Source of the DNA: a virus
DNA length: 44,692 nt
Reading direction: 5' to 3' (one strand)
IMG/VR virus record: IMGVR_UViG_3300029263_000582
This document shows, in pieces, positions 8,186 to 16,149 of the stretch. Made by a program: the position numbers and the translations under genes. The notes beneath the pieces are model-generated. The model was not told the DNA's origin. It saw only the letters and a program-made list of their open reading frames with translations, and made no database searches. The number at the start of each line of letters is the position of its first letter. Position 1 is the stretch's first letter.

Positions 8186-8709
8186 GAACTTAATCGCTGA
8201 GATAGCGACACGGATTACTTACTTAGGGGGCATGGTCTGCCTCTTACAGCTCCCCGCTTGAGCAACTAAAGACTAGGACGGCTAAGTTTAAATACTAGTC
8301 TGTCGGGTTCGCTAGATTCCTACGCTACACATTACATCGTGTATGTTTAGGCAGCCAAGCTCGATAGATGCAAGTCCCAATAGGTAATACGTTAATTCGT
8401 TCTTCCCGTACCTATACACCTCTAATGGTGGCCAGCAGTGGCTTAGCTAACGCTCATAACCTGCAATAAACGTGAACCAATGGCAACATTGGGGAGTAAA
8501 AGGGAAGTAAGCAAAGCAACGTTGGTTAGTGCATAAGGCTATAAGTCTACGATGTACGTGCTAACGGGTAACGGTCTAGCAAGCTGTTACTGCTTTGTGT
8601 ATAGCGGACTAATTAGTTAATAAGTCAAGCTCATCTATACGGTGGGCTTTATCATATTAACTGGCTAACAGCCTACTATTAAACAGCTCATCGAGCTAAG
8701 GAAAATACT

Positions 8710-9192
8710 ATGTCAACTTTCAAAACTAAACTCGCAGCATTCCGCCGTTCAGGTCTATCACAACGTGATAACTTACAAGAGCTGGTTCAAATGGCTATGA
8801 CTCACGCTCAAGAGAACCAAGACGAGTTCACCCAGCTGTCACAAGTGATGGCTACTACGGTTGAGATTAAATCATTCCGTACTGCTACGCTTAAAGATTA
8901 CATCAAAGAGCACGTGACTAACGTGACGTACACTAAGAACAAAGCTGGTGAGTTCATGTTCAAGAAAGAGGTAAAAGGTACACCGTGTGAGTACAAGACA
9001 CTTGAAACTAAGTGGTACGACTTCGACAACAAAGGTCAAGCGACTGCTGATATTGACGTACTAGCACAAGCTAAGGCGTTACTGTCACGTATCAACAAAG
9101 GTATGGCTGGTACTGGTACTGCTAAGATTAAGGAAGGGCAGGAGAAAGCTGCTCAGGACTTACAAGCTGCACTTGCTAAGCTTACTGCTTAA
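8710..9192 (+). CDS. Hypothetical early protein
   Basis: 160-aa ORF with an AAGGAAAA RBS. It is the first ORF of the plus arm. A GCCCTG-ctagt-CAGGGC hairpin (9212-9228) follows it. No family recognised. Confidence 0.7.
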   Translation: MSTFKTKLAAFRRSGLSQRDNLQELVQMAMTHAQENQDEFTQLSQVMATTVEIKSFRTATLKDYIKEHVTNVTYTKNKAGEFMFKKEVKGTPCEYKTLETKWYDFDNKGQATADIDVLAQAKALLSRINKGMAGTGTAKIKEGQEKAAQDLQAALAKLTA

Positions 9193-9245
9193 GCGCAGGT
9201 CTAAGACTAACGCCCTGCTAGTCAGGGCAATCTAAGGAGATTCTA

Positions 9246-9491
9246 ATGACAGCTAGAGAGAGGTTCGGTATACCTGATACATACCCTAAGGATACGCACT
9301 TAACTAACTGGCTTAAGAAAAACCTTATGCCTACGTTACTTGGTGCATTCATTGACGACAAGGATTCACGTGGCACTATCACTAAGACCTCGGTTAACGT
9401 TGGTGATAGGGACGTGCTTCTCTGTATGGAAGAGGGTCACGTTATCCGTATGCGTTCAAGTGAATGGCTTGACTTCGAGAAGATTAACTAG
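9246..9491 (+). CDS. Hypothetical early protein
   Basis: 81-aa ORF preceded by AGGAGATTCTAATG. The same 14-mer precedes the next ORF. Confidence 0.7.
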   Translation: MTARERFGIPDTYPKDTHLTNWLKKNLMPTLLGAFIDDKDSRGTITKTSVNVGDRDVLLCMEEGHVIRMRSSEWLDFEKIN

Positions 9492-9500
9492 GAGATTCTA

Positions 9501-9653
9501 ATGGTAACTATCAGACGTAGTCCCACTGGCTTATGCTGGTGGGTACTATTTAACGGTAATCTTATTCAGACTACTGACCTTAAGCGTGAAGCTGAGGCTG
9601 CGGCTGAAAAGATGGAACGTATTGTAACTAACACGGGGTTATCTTATGCTTAG
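9501..9653 (+). CDS. Hypothetical small protein (50 aa, not in the supplied track)
   Basis: Hand translation: MVTIRRSPTGLCWWVLFNGNLIQTTDLKREAEAAAEKMERIVTNTGLSYA. It has the identical RBS context AGGAGATTCTAATG (9490-9503) as the ORF at 9246 and fills an otherwise empty gap. Confidence 0.55.
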   Translation: MVTIRRSPTGLCWWVLFNGNLIQTTDLKREAEAAAEKMERIVTNTGLSYA

Positions 9654-9768
9654 TAGAGACGACGACCTAGAAGAATTAACTATACCTGAGATGATAATCT
9701 CGTTCGGTACTATCATCGTCGCGTTCGTTCTGTTAATTCTAATCCTAGCTGGCTTACTTAATAGCTAG
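9646..9768 (+). CDS. Hypothetical 40-aa single-TM peptide (not in track)
   Basis: Hand translation: MLSRDDDLEELTIPEMIISFGTIIVAFVLLILILAGLLNS. It overlaps the previous stop by 8 nt. Confidence 0.4.
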   Translation: MLSRDDDLEELTIPEMIISFGTIIVAFVLLILILAGLLNS

Positions 9769-9774
9769 TACAAC

Positions 9775-9811
9775 GTCCTGTAAGGCTCTCTCGCAGGACT
9801 TCTATTAATTT
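9775..9811 (+). terminator. Candidate (leaky) intrinsic terminator
   Basis: GTCCTG (9775-9780) pairs with CAGGAC (9794-9799), followed by TTCTATTAATTT. The stem is short and the loop is 13 nt. Confidence 0.3.
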
Positions 9812-9851
9812 ATAAGCTACCCTACAGGGTGGTATCTAAGAGGTGCTTACA

Positions 9852-10187
9852 ATGAAGCGTAAACATTATGATGTAATCATAGCATGGGCTAATGGTGCTG
9901 AGGTGGAAGCCTACTCGACAGGCTCAGGTATCTGGGTTAACTGCCCGCACCCTAGTTTCTTTGAGTACATGCAGTACCGTATCAAGCCGCGTACGTTCAC
10001 TGAGCGTGCTTGGTATCCTGTTACTTTAAAGACAGGGCTTAAGGTTGTAGCTCAGTACACTAAAGGTACGTTCGTTATGCTTCTACCTGACTGTGGTGCA
10101 GTATGCTGGATGGATGCTAGTGATATACCTACTATCGGTGAGGAGATAACAGCGGCTAGTTGGGGGGAAGTATGCAAGCAACAGTAG
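9852..10187 (+). CDS. Hypothetical protein
   Basis: ORF in the track from 9843 (GTG). I prefer the ATG at 9852, which is 8 nt after the TAAGAGG RBS. Confidence 0.65.
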   Translation: MKRKHYDVIIAWANGAEVEAYSTGSGIWVNCPHPSFFEYMQYRIKPRTFTERAWYPVTLKTGLKVVAQYTKGTFVMLLPDCGAVCWMDASDIPTIGEEITAASWGEVCKQQ

Positions 10188-10333
10188 AAGACGTGCTTCT
10201 AATGCTCGTCGTAGTAGCCTTACTGGCTGTACTTATTGTATCGGTAGGGGCAGGTGGTTGGGTACAAGATTATGAAAGAGAGTACGAGAGTCGTACGTCT
10301 AATGATTCTAAAGATAAAGGGGATAAACAATGA
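10172..10333 (+). CDS. Hypothetical 53-aa single-TM protein (not in track)
   Basis: Hand translation: MQATVEDVLLMLVVVALLAVLIVSVGAGGWVQDYEREYESRTSNDSKDKGDKQ. Its stop overlaps the next start (ATGATG). Confidence 0.45.
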   Translation: MQATVEDVLLMLVVVALLAVLIVSVGAGGWVQDYEREYESRTSNDSKDKGDKQ

Positions 10334-10899
10334 TGTTAACACAAGGCGTTTTAATTGTACTCCTAGTAGCAGTAGCTCTAGTATTAGCAGCGTGTGCAGT
10401 ACTAACGTTCGTTAGGTTCAGCCTTAATGCTAGTAAGTGGGAGGGGTTCTGGACTGTAAGCAGTATGCTTAGTGCATTACGTATTATTAGTACGTACACT
10501 GGGAGGTTCAGTTCAGGCGGAAAAGAGTACACAGTACAGCCTTATGATGGCAGGTTCGTTGTTAAGGCAGGAGATGGAGGTGTAGAGTTCTACAATCATA
10601 TCAGCGGTATAAGCTACCACTGGAGCCACGGCCACATTAATCAATGTACTAAGTTCCGTACTAAAGAGGAAGCCGAAGAGGAACTTGCTAAGAGTGTTAG
10701 CCTGTCTCCTAAGGCTAAGGTAGGTGATGCTAAGCACTTAATGATGTTGTTACCTATAGCAGCAGTACTTGATGTAATCTGGTACTTGTTCTGCATGTCA
10801 CCAGTAGCTGCTGTATCAGTAGTAAGTACGTTCGTACTAACGTTCAGTACACGTTGGTTATCTGGTAAGCTGTCTGATACAGTCAGTAAGTCTAAGTAG
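10330..10899 (+). CDS. Membrane protein (TM segments at both ends)
   Basis: 189 aa. N-terminal TM LIVLLVAVALVLAACAVL. C-terminal hydrophobic pair LLPIAAVLDVIWYLF and AAVSVVSTFVLTF. Confidence 0.7.
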   Translation: MMLTQGVLIVLLVAVALVLAACAVLTFVRFSLNASKWEGFWTVSSMLSALRIISTYTGRFSSGGKEYTVQPYDGRFVVKAGDGGVEFYNHISGISYHWSHGHINQCTKFRTKEEAEEELAKSVSLSPKAKVGDAKHLMMLLPIAAVLDVIWYLFCMSPVAAVSVVSTFVLTFSTRWLSGKLSDTVSKSK

Positions 10900-11107
10900 A
10901 GGTAAGCAGCTATTCATTACGATGCTTACGTTAGTAAGCTTATCCGTTCTGTCAGTAGTAGCTAAGTACGTACTACTTTCTTTATTCATTTTACTTATTA
11001 CTTATTACTTCTTTCATCTCTTGTGAGCATATCTTATATAAGTTTTACGAAAGTCTCTTTATCTTCTAGCAGATTTCTAAGAGATTTCTAAATACCCTCT
11101 AGTATTG

Positions 11108-11136
11108 TATATAGTGAGGGCTAAGAATGTTTGCAA
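11108..11136 (-). promoter_or_regulatory. Candidate antisense (minus-strand) promoter sharing a palindromic -35
   Basis: On the minus strand: GTATTTGCC-TTGCAA (11131-11136), 17-nt spacer, TATATA (11108-11113). The upstream context GTATT(T)GCCTTGCAA matches the late promoter at 7307. Confidence 0.35.
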
Positions 11137-11158
11137 GGCAAATACTTTAATATATATT
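11131..11158 (+). promoter_or_regulatory. Sigma70-like middle promoter
   Basis: TTGCAA (11131-11136), 16-nt spacer, TATATT (11153-11158). Confidence 0.45.
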
Positions 11159-11172
11159 TTATTGTCATCCTA

Positions 11173-11201
11173 TTGACACGGCTAATGGCCGTAGTTCATA
11201 A
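11173..11201 (+). promoter_or_regulatory. Sigma70-like promoter
   Basis: TTGACA (11173-11178), 17-nt spacer, TCATAA (11196-11201). The AAGGAGG RBS and ATG at 11219 follow. Confidence 0.4.
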
Positions 11202-11218
11202 GGGATTAAGGAGGCTTT

Positions 11219-12064
11219 ATGCCTATAGTTAAATTTAGTAACGGTCAAACAGAAGACGGGGGTTGCTTCGGATTCTTTGGTAGGCTTGATGATTACTCTA
11301 CAGAAGAATCTTCTGTCTGGCAGCTAGCTAATGAATTAAAAGAGACAACCTGTATCGTACACCCATTCAGTAAATGGACAGGGGATTACTTTAACAACGA
11401 AGCCCTTGGCTACCTAACATGGCTCTTTACTGAGTCACCTTACCGTGATGTGTTTAGCAGTACACCTGAGGAAGCTATCCAAGAAGGGCACTGTAAGATT
11501 AACCTAGACGTTTGTAACCAGACCCTTATACTTGGGCTATCTCACCTGAGAAAGTCCGATGGTGAGCTTCACAGGGCGTGGAATGCTATGCCTGAAAGTT
11601 TGAACGGAGGTCTTAAGGTTATACTGTGCGGTGCATTGCACTCACATGCTAGTAGTACAGATTCTAAATTAGGTGCAGGGTACGGAGATAACACTGCGAC
11701 TGTCTTCCGTAGGTTCAAGGGTGATACCCTGTCAGCTTGGCTTCAAGGTAATACTATGAGGCACGAATCTTACATGACACTAGGCGGGTATCATGTAGCA
11801 GAGAGCGACGAAGACGAGGCCTGCTGTAACGTATCGTTCTGTGACCGTTACCTTGAAGCCTATGATGGTACAGGTGAAGACTTAGAAGACGTACTAGCTG
11901 AGTGTATCAGTACAACATGGCGTACTCGTGAGTTCAAGGGTATGTTCTTCGACGGTCATGTATCAGTATGTGAAGTAACACCTGAACAGTTAGTTAACCA
12001 AGCGGTTAGTGCATTAGAAGCAAGCGAGGACTTCAAGGTGTGTAAGGAGTTACTATGGAAGTAA
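11219..12064 (+). CDS. Hypothetical protein
   Basis: 281-aa ORF with a strong AAGGAGG RBS. No family recognised. Confidence 0.75.
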   Translation: MPIVKFSNGQTEDGGCFGFFGRLDDYSTEESSVWQLANELKETTCIVHPFSKWTGDYFNNEALGYLTWLFTESPYRDVFSSTPEEAIQEGHCKINLDVCNQTLILGLSHLRKSDGELHRAWNAMPESLNGGLKVILCGALHSHASSTDSKLGAGYGDNTATVFRRFKGDTLSAWLQGNTMRHESYMTLGGYHVAESDEDEACCNVSFCDRYLEAYDGTGEDLEDVLAECISTTWRTREFKGMFFDGHVSVCEVTPEQLVNQAVSALEASEDFKVCKELLWK

Positions 12065-12234
12065 TCATTACATTAGCGGCAGCTATTATCTTTATGATAA
12101 CGATAACCGTGTACATAGTACGTCTAGTATGGGAAGTCTTAACAGACATAGCCGCTAGGTGTGGCCCTTGGTACGCTAGCTTAGCGTTATTATTATTCTT
12201 ATCAGCAGTAGCATTTATATCTCATACGACTTAG
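12055..12234 (+). CDS. Hypothetical 59-aa two-TM protein (not in track)
   Basis: Hand translation: MEVIITLAAAIIFMITITVYIVRLVWEVLTDIAARCGPWYASLALLLFLSAVAFISHTT. It overlaps the previous stop. Confidence 0.5.
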   Translation: MEVIITLAAAIIFMITITVYIVRLVWEVLTDIAARCGPWYASLALLLFLSAVAFISHTT

Positions 12235-12242
12235 GAAACAAC

Positions 12243-12653
12243 ATGGATTTATCTAATCAATTAGTTAATAACAACGTAGCTGTATACGGTACACTCCGTG
12301 CAGGCTGCGGTAATCATCATATCTTAGAAGGGTTAACGTTCAAGCGTGATGTTATCCAAGGCTTTAAGATGTACGACCTCGGCGGCTTCCCTTATGTGGT
12401 ACATACAGGAGACCATGACGACAGCATAGCAGTAGAGGTGTACGAAGTACCTGACTATGACACAGCCCGTCGTCTTGACGGCCTTGAAGGTTATCACCAT
12501 ACACAGGGGTTCACTGGATTCTATAACCGAATCAAGGTACGTACTGCACTAGGAACAGAGGTGTACCTGTACGTATTCCCTCAGCATGAAGGGGAAGACG
12601 AGATAGAGTCAGGTGATTGGGTGTACCATACTAACCAGCGAGGTTGGCTGTAA
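12243..12653 (+). CDS. Gamma-glutamyl cyclotransferase-like (GGCT/AIG2 family) protein
   Basis: VAVYGTLRAGCGNHH, GFPYVV, VEVYEV and LDGLEGY match the YGTL...G / LD.LEG signature of the family. Confidence 0.8.
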   Translation: MDLSNQLVNNNVAVYGTLRAGCGNHHILEGLTFKRDVIQGFKMYDLGGFPYVVHTGDHDDSIAVEVYEVPDYDTARRLDGLEGYHHTQGFTGFYNRIKVRTALGTEVYLYVFPQHEGEDEIESGDWVYHTNQRGWL

Positions 12654-12685
12654 GCTAACGTAATCAACGATTAATATTAATAGTA

Positions 12686-12708
12686 GGGTAGCTTAGGTGC
12701 TGCCCTTT
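12686..12708 (+). terminator. Weak terminator-like hairpin
   Basis: GGGTAGC (12686-12692) pairs with GCTGCCC (12699-12705), including one G.T pair, followed by only TTT. Confidence 0.3.
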
Positions 12709-12752
12709 AAAGCTCTTAGCGTGGACTACAGAGCGTCTGACAGGAGATTATC

Positions 12753-12929
12753 ATGGGATTAGTAGACCAACATGTTAAACAGGTAAAGATAGATGCAGTC
12801 GAGACTACGCTTTTAGCCTTCCTTAACTTCACTGGAGGGGATAGCGGCTTCCTTGCTGACTTCGAGCACAGCGATGAGTACAAGAAAGCTATCAACGAAT
12901 TAGGTTTAACTAAAGAGGACTTCTCTTAA
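12753..12929 (+). CDS. Hypothetical 58-aa acidic protein (not in track)
   Basis: Hand translation: MGLVDQHVKQVKIDAVETTLLAFLNFTGGDSGFLADFEHSDEYKKAINELGLTKEDFS. AGGAG RBS at 12742. TAATG overlap with the amidotransferase start. Confidence 0.55.
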   Translation: MGLVDQHVKQVKIDAVETTLLAFLNFTGGDSGFLADFEHSDEYKKAINELGLTKEDFS

Positions 12930-14182
12930 TGTGTGGATTAGTAGCAGCGTTCGGTAATCTGAACGCAACAAGTAAGAAAATATTCGAGCAGCTTTTACAG
13001 GTTGATGTTATCCGTGGTAAGCACAGCACTGGTGTGTTCGGTGACGGTGGTGCAACGTACAAGAAAGCTTTAAGTGCGACTGAGTTCCTTGAGCTTAGTA
13101 AAGCTAAGAGTATTATCAGTGACAGTACGTCTATGTTAGTAGGTCATAACCGCCATGCTACTGTAGGGGCAGTGAACGACGTTAATGCCCACCCGTTTAC
13201 TCACGGTGACATAACCCTAGTGCATAACGGCACGTTAACTGACCAAGACTTACTACCTGATAGCAAGGACTTCCTTGTTGACTCAGAGAATATCTGTCAT
13301 GCAGTTAACAAGCTAGGTGCTAAGGCTGCCTTCGAGGTAACAGAGGGAGCTTATGCATGTATCTGGCACGATGCATCTAACGATACACTTAGTGTAGTAC
13401 GCAACGCTGAACGTCCTCTCTGGTACGTTCAAGTACAGGGCGGGCCTATGTACATAGGTTCAGAGCGTGAGATGTTGCTCTGGATTCTTATGAAGAACAA
13501 GATAACATTCAGTGGTGACTACAAGGATTACTTCATAGAAGTCCCTGAGTGTGAGATAATAACCTTTAAGAAACAAGGCACTAGGGTTAAAGAGGTAAGT
13601 CGTACACCCTTTGATGAGTGCCTCTCGTGGAAAGCATGGGGTCGTTACGACGGCTATGGTTCCTACAGTACCAAGGTTAAGACTGTTGACCCTATCGAGA
13701 AGTACCTAGGTCTTAAGGTTAAAGACCCTGCTAAGGTACTGGTGCAGGCTAATACCTTCAAGGCTTACAGTACACATAACCCTAACTCTTTAGGTTATGC
13801 TCTAGGTCGTATGACTTCTTACCCTTATAACCGATGCAAGGTTTATAACTTAACGGAGCCAGAAGAGGACTCTTACTTTAACGTAGAGGTAGGCGCTCTT
13901 GATTTATTCCATATAAACAAGGACGTTAACCCTGAGCTTAACCCTCAGAAGTTAATCGTTAGTTGTTATAACCCTGTTAAGTGCGAGGAAGAAGAACACT
14001 CTTGCATTAACTGCGGTACTAGTATCACTGAACACACGGTTAACCTTACTAATGTACGTGAGGTAGACGGTGAACTTATCTGTGAGAACTGCTGGTCTAA
14101 CGACAGCACAGTAGTTGATATGTTCCCTATTAATGAACCAGTTAATATTATTAAATCATTAGAAGACTTGGAGGCTGTATGA
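12929..14182 (+). CDS. Class-II (Ntn) glutamine amidotransferase-domain protein with C-terminal zinc ribbon
   Basis: MCGLVAAFG (catalytic Cys2), GHNRHATVG, NAHPF and VHNGTL are GATase type 2 motifs. The C-terminus carries CINCG...CENCW. Confidence 0.8.
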   Translation: MCGLVAAFGNLNATSKKIFEQLLQVDVIRGKHSTGVFGDGGATYKKALSATEFLELSKAKSIISDSTSMLVGHNRHATVGAVNDVNAHPFTHGDITLVHNGTLTDQDLLPDSKDFLVDSENICHAVNKLGAKAAFEVTEGAYACIWHDASNDTLSVVRNAERPLWYVQVQGGPMYIGSEREMLLWILMKNKITFSGDYKDYFIEVPECEIITFKKQGTRVKEVSRTPFDECLSWKAWGRYDGYGSYSTKVKTVDPIEKYLGLKVKDPAKVLVQANTFKAYSTHNPNSLGYALGRMTSYPYNRCKVYNLTEPEEDSYFNVEVGALDLFHINKDVNPELNPQKLIVSCYNPVKCEEEEHSCINCGTSITEHTVNLTNVREVDGELICENCWSNDSTVVDMFPINEPVNIIKSLEDLEAV

Positions 14183-15378
14183 CAGCACGTTACGAAGAGA
14201 AGAAAGCAATCGAAGACGTACAGGTAGGTGACTTAGTACGTATCAATGACACCTGCTGGGAACCTAATAAAGTATACCTAGAAGGTAGAGGTGTGCCTCA
14301 GGTGTTCCCTGTTGTGGGGTTAAGCGGTCGCTCATCTCTAGAGGCTGCAACTACGGATAATGGAGGTAGACAGGGTATCTTTAAGAGCTACCTTGAGCAC
14401 TACCCTCGTCGTATCATAGAGAGTAACAATGACTTCGAGGTAGGTGACCGTGTTGTTATTAGGGAGGACTCTCGTTACTACGGTATAAATCGTCTTAACC
14501 CTGATAACTCAGTGCAGGGTGAGATAAGTTACGTAGGGGGTCACCTGATTGTGCAGTGGGGTAACATAGGGACTAACAGTTATCAGTACCACGACCTTGA
14601 GTTAGTGCAGTACATACAATCTGCACCTGAGAAAGAGAACAAGACAGAAGCTATCGATGGTATCTTATTCGGCTCAGACCTTGAGCTGTTCGTAGTAGAT
14701 ACACGTACTGATAAGGTTGTCCCTGCTGGTATGCTAGTACCGGGTACTAAAGATACACCTTTCAAGATGAAGACAGGTACAGTACACCCTGATGGTCTAG
14801 CAGTAGAGGTAGGCTGTGACCCTGCTAGTACGTGGACTGAACTGAACAAGAGCCTTGAGGCTATCCTCGCTGAGGTTAAGGCTGAGTTCTTCCCTGAGGA
14901 ATACTACGTGTACTCAGAGAAGTCAGTAGCTACTAAGGAGTGTATACAAGACTTCGAGAAGCATAGAGCTGAGCACCCTGAGTGGTTCATCTCAGGCTGT
15001 GCCCCTGAATTAGAGGCAGGTAAACTTACTTACAATAACGGCACACGTAGTGATGTTAACCCTAAGGAGAAGTTACGCTGCAAGGATAAGTTCTTTGTAG
15101 GTATGCACCTACACTTAGGCTTTACTGAGTGGGATAACACATGCTTTACTCGTATAGATGCTGGTGCTTTAGTAGAGAAAGCTCACGGTAAGGTATGGTT
15201 ACGTGATGAACAGGTAGGTAACGAACGTCAGCAGTACTACGGTGGTCGTAAGTGTTTCCGTATGAAACCTTATGGTGTAGAAGACCGATCTCTTGCAGGT
15301 CATACGTTCCTTAAGGATAAGCAAGTTATAGCTAAGCTAGCGTACGCTTATCAGTGCCTTATCAAGGAGGCTTTATGA
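14179..15378 (+). CDS. Carboxylate-amine (COOH-NH2) ligase, phage type 2-like, with two N-terminal SH3-like repeats
   Basis: GSDLELFVVD, VHPDGLAVEVGCDP and GMHLHLGF resemble the acidic metal-binding strands of GCS2-type ligases. The N-terminus has two repeats, VQVGDLVRIND and FEVGDRVVIRED. The family call is from memory. Confidence 0.55.
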   Translation: MTARYEEKKAIEDVQVGDLVRINDTCWEPNKVYLEGRGVPQVFPVVGLSGRSSLEAATTDNGGRQGIFKSYLEHYPRRIIESNNDFEVGDRVVIREDSRYYGINRLNPDNSVQGEISYVGGHLIVQWGNIGTNSYQYHDLELVQYIQSAPEKENKTEAIDGILFGSDLELFVVDTRTDKVVPAGMLVPGTKDTPFKMKTGTVHPDGLAVEVGCDPASTWTELNKSLEAILAEVKAEFFPEEYYVYSEKSVATKECIQDFEKHRAEHPEWFISGCAPELEAGKLTYNNGTRSDVNPKEKLRCKDKFFVGMHLHLGFTEWDNTCFTRIDAGALVEKAHGKVWLRDEQVGNERQQYYGGRKCFRMKPYGVEDRSLAGHTFLKDKQVIAKLAYAYQCLIKEAL

Positions 15379-15662
15379 TTGAGATAAGACGTGAGGGTTG
15401 CAGGGGAGGGCGCTTCAACGTTGGTAACTACGGATGGGAGGGAGGGGCTAGCGATGTTGTCTACCTCCCCGATTCCTCTCTGACACGAGAGGGGGAGAGG
15501 GTTGTGCGTATCTCAGGTAAGTATTTAGGGAGCCACTTCGGTAACGGACCTAGCTACGAAATGCTAAAGACTCACGTTCGTATAGTACCTGAACTCCCTT
15601 TAAACCAAGTAATAGGTATCCCCTCATTAAAGGGTATGATATTCGGAGACGATGATGCGTAG
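15375..15662 (+). CDS. Small acidic-tailed protein, paralogue 1 of 3 (MIE...YLPD...PELPLNQVIGIPSLKG.IF)
   Basis: I prefer the ATG at 15375 (AAGGAGG RBS, ATGA overlap with the upstream stop). 95 aa ending in PELPLNQVIGIPSLKGMIFGDDDA. Confidence 0.75.
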   Translation: MIEIRREGCRGGRFNVGNYGWEGGASDVVYLPDSSLTREGERVVRISGKYLGSHFGNGPSYEMLKTHVRIVPELPLNQVIGIPSLKGMIFGDDDA

Positions 15663-16149
15663 AGTACAAGAGATTAACGAGTACGATTACACGCAGTACT
15701 ACCGAGGTACGTACGTCATGAACGACGACTCAGGTCAGATGCTTCTATGTAAGGTACAAGAAGTAGAAGATGAAGAGTTCGTCCTTGAGGACAAGGACTG
15801 TACTTACAGGACAGCAGCAGATACCTGCTATGTCCAGCTACCTGACACAGGTTACTACTCAGGTGTGTTCATTAGCAGCTCAGCACACAGAACTCATAAG
15901 AAAGGGTTACAGTTATCTTATGAGCAGGCAAGAGCGTACCGTAGGTATTTACTAACAGGGGCTGGCTTTAGCCCTTTCTATAAAGAACGTGGTTACGTGT
16001 TCTATAAGTCAGAGATAGTAGGCGTAACGTACAAGAACAATGTCGTTATCTTAAGTGAAGAGATAGCTAAGATGTATTCAGAAGAGTACAAGGTTGAGGT
16101 GCAAGATGAAGAAGAAATTAAGCGAGCTGTTCAGGATACCGCAGCATAA
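15652..16149 (+). CDS. Hypothetical acidic protein
   Basis: 165-aa ORF overlapping both neighbours. No family recognised. Confidence 0.65.
   Translation: MMRRVQEINEYDYTQYYRGTYVMNDDSGQMLLCKVQEVEDEEFVLEDKDCTYRTAADTCYVQLPDTGYYSGVFISSSAHRTHKKGLQLSYEQARAYRRYLLTGAGFSPFYKERGYVFYKSEIVGVTYKNNVVILSEEIAKMYSEEYKVEVQDEEEIKRAVQDTAA

Noticed and set aside
8260-8340. Possible tRNA (GGGTTCGCT resembles a T-loop)
   Set aside because: I could not build complementary T-stem or acceptor-stem pairing around it. I saw no other tRNA-like cloverleaf anywhere in the window.
10308-10737. Minus-strand ORFs 10308-10532 and 10513-10737 as targets of the candidate antisense promoter
   Set aside because: They lie opposite a convincing membrane-protein gene and have no RBS. 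If antisense transcription exists, it is more likely non-coding. The same shadow-ORF reasoning applies to 14583-14849, 15770-15955, 16807-17076, 17519-17758, 17683-17976, 19124-19414, 20158-20343, 23645-23863, 23888-24121, 24990-25313, 26881-27159, 26940-27191, 27877-28167 and 28934-29125.
10922-11026. 34-codon hydrophobic ORF after the membrane-protein gene
   Set aside because: No usable RBS (the nearest GAGG is ~20 nt away). The ATG lies inside a hairpin, and the sequence is a T-rich intergenic tract. It is kept only as part of the hairpin observation.
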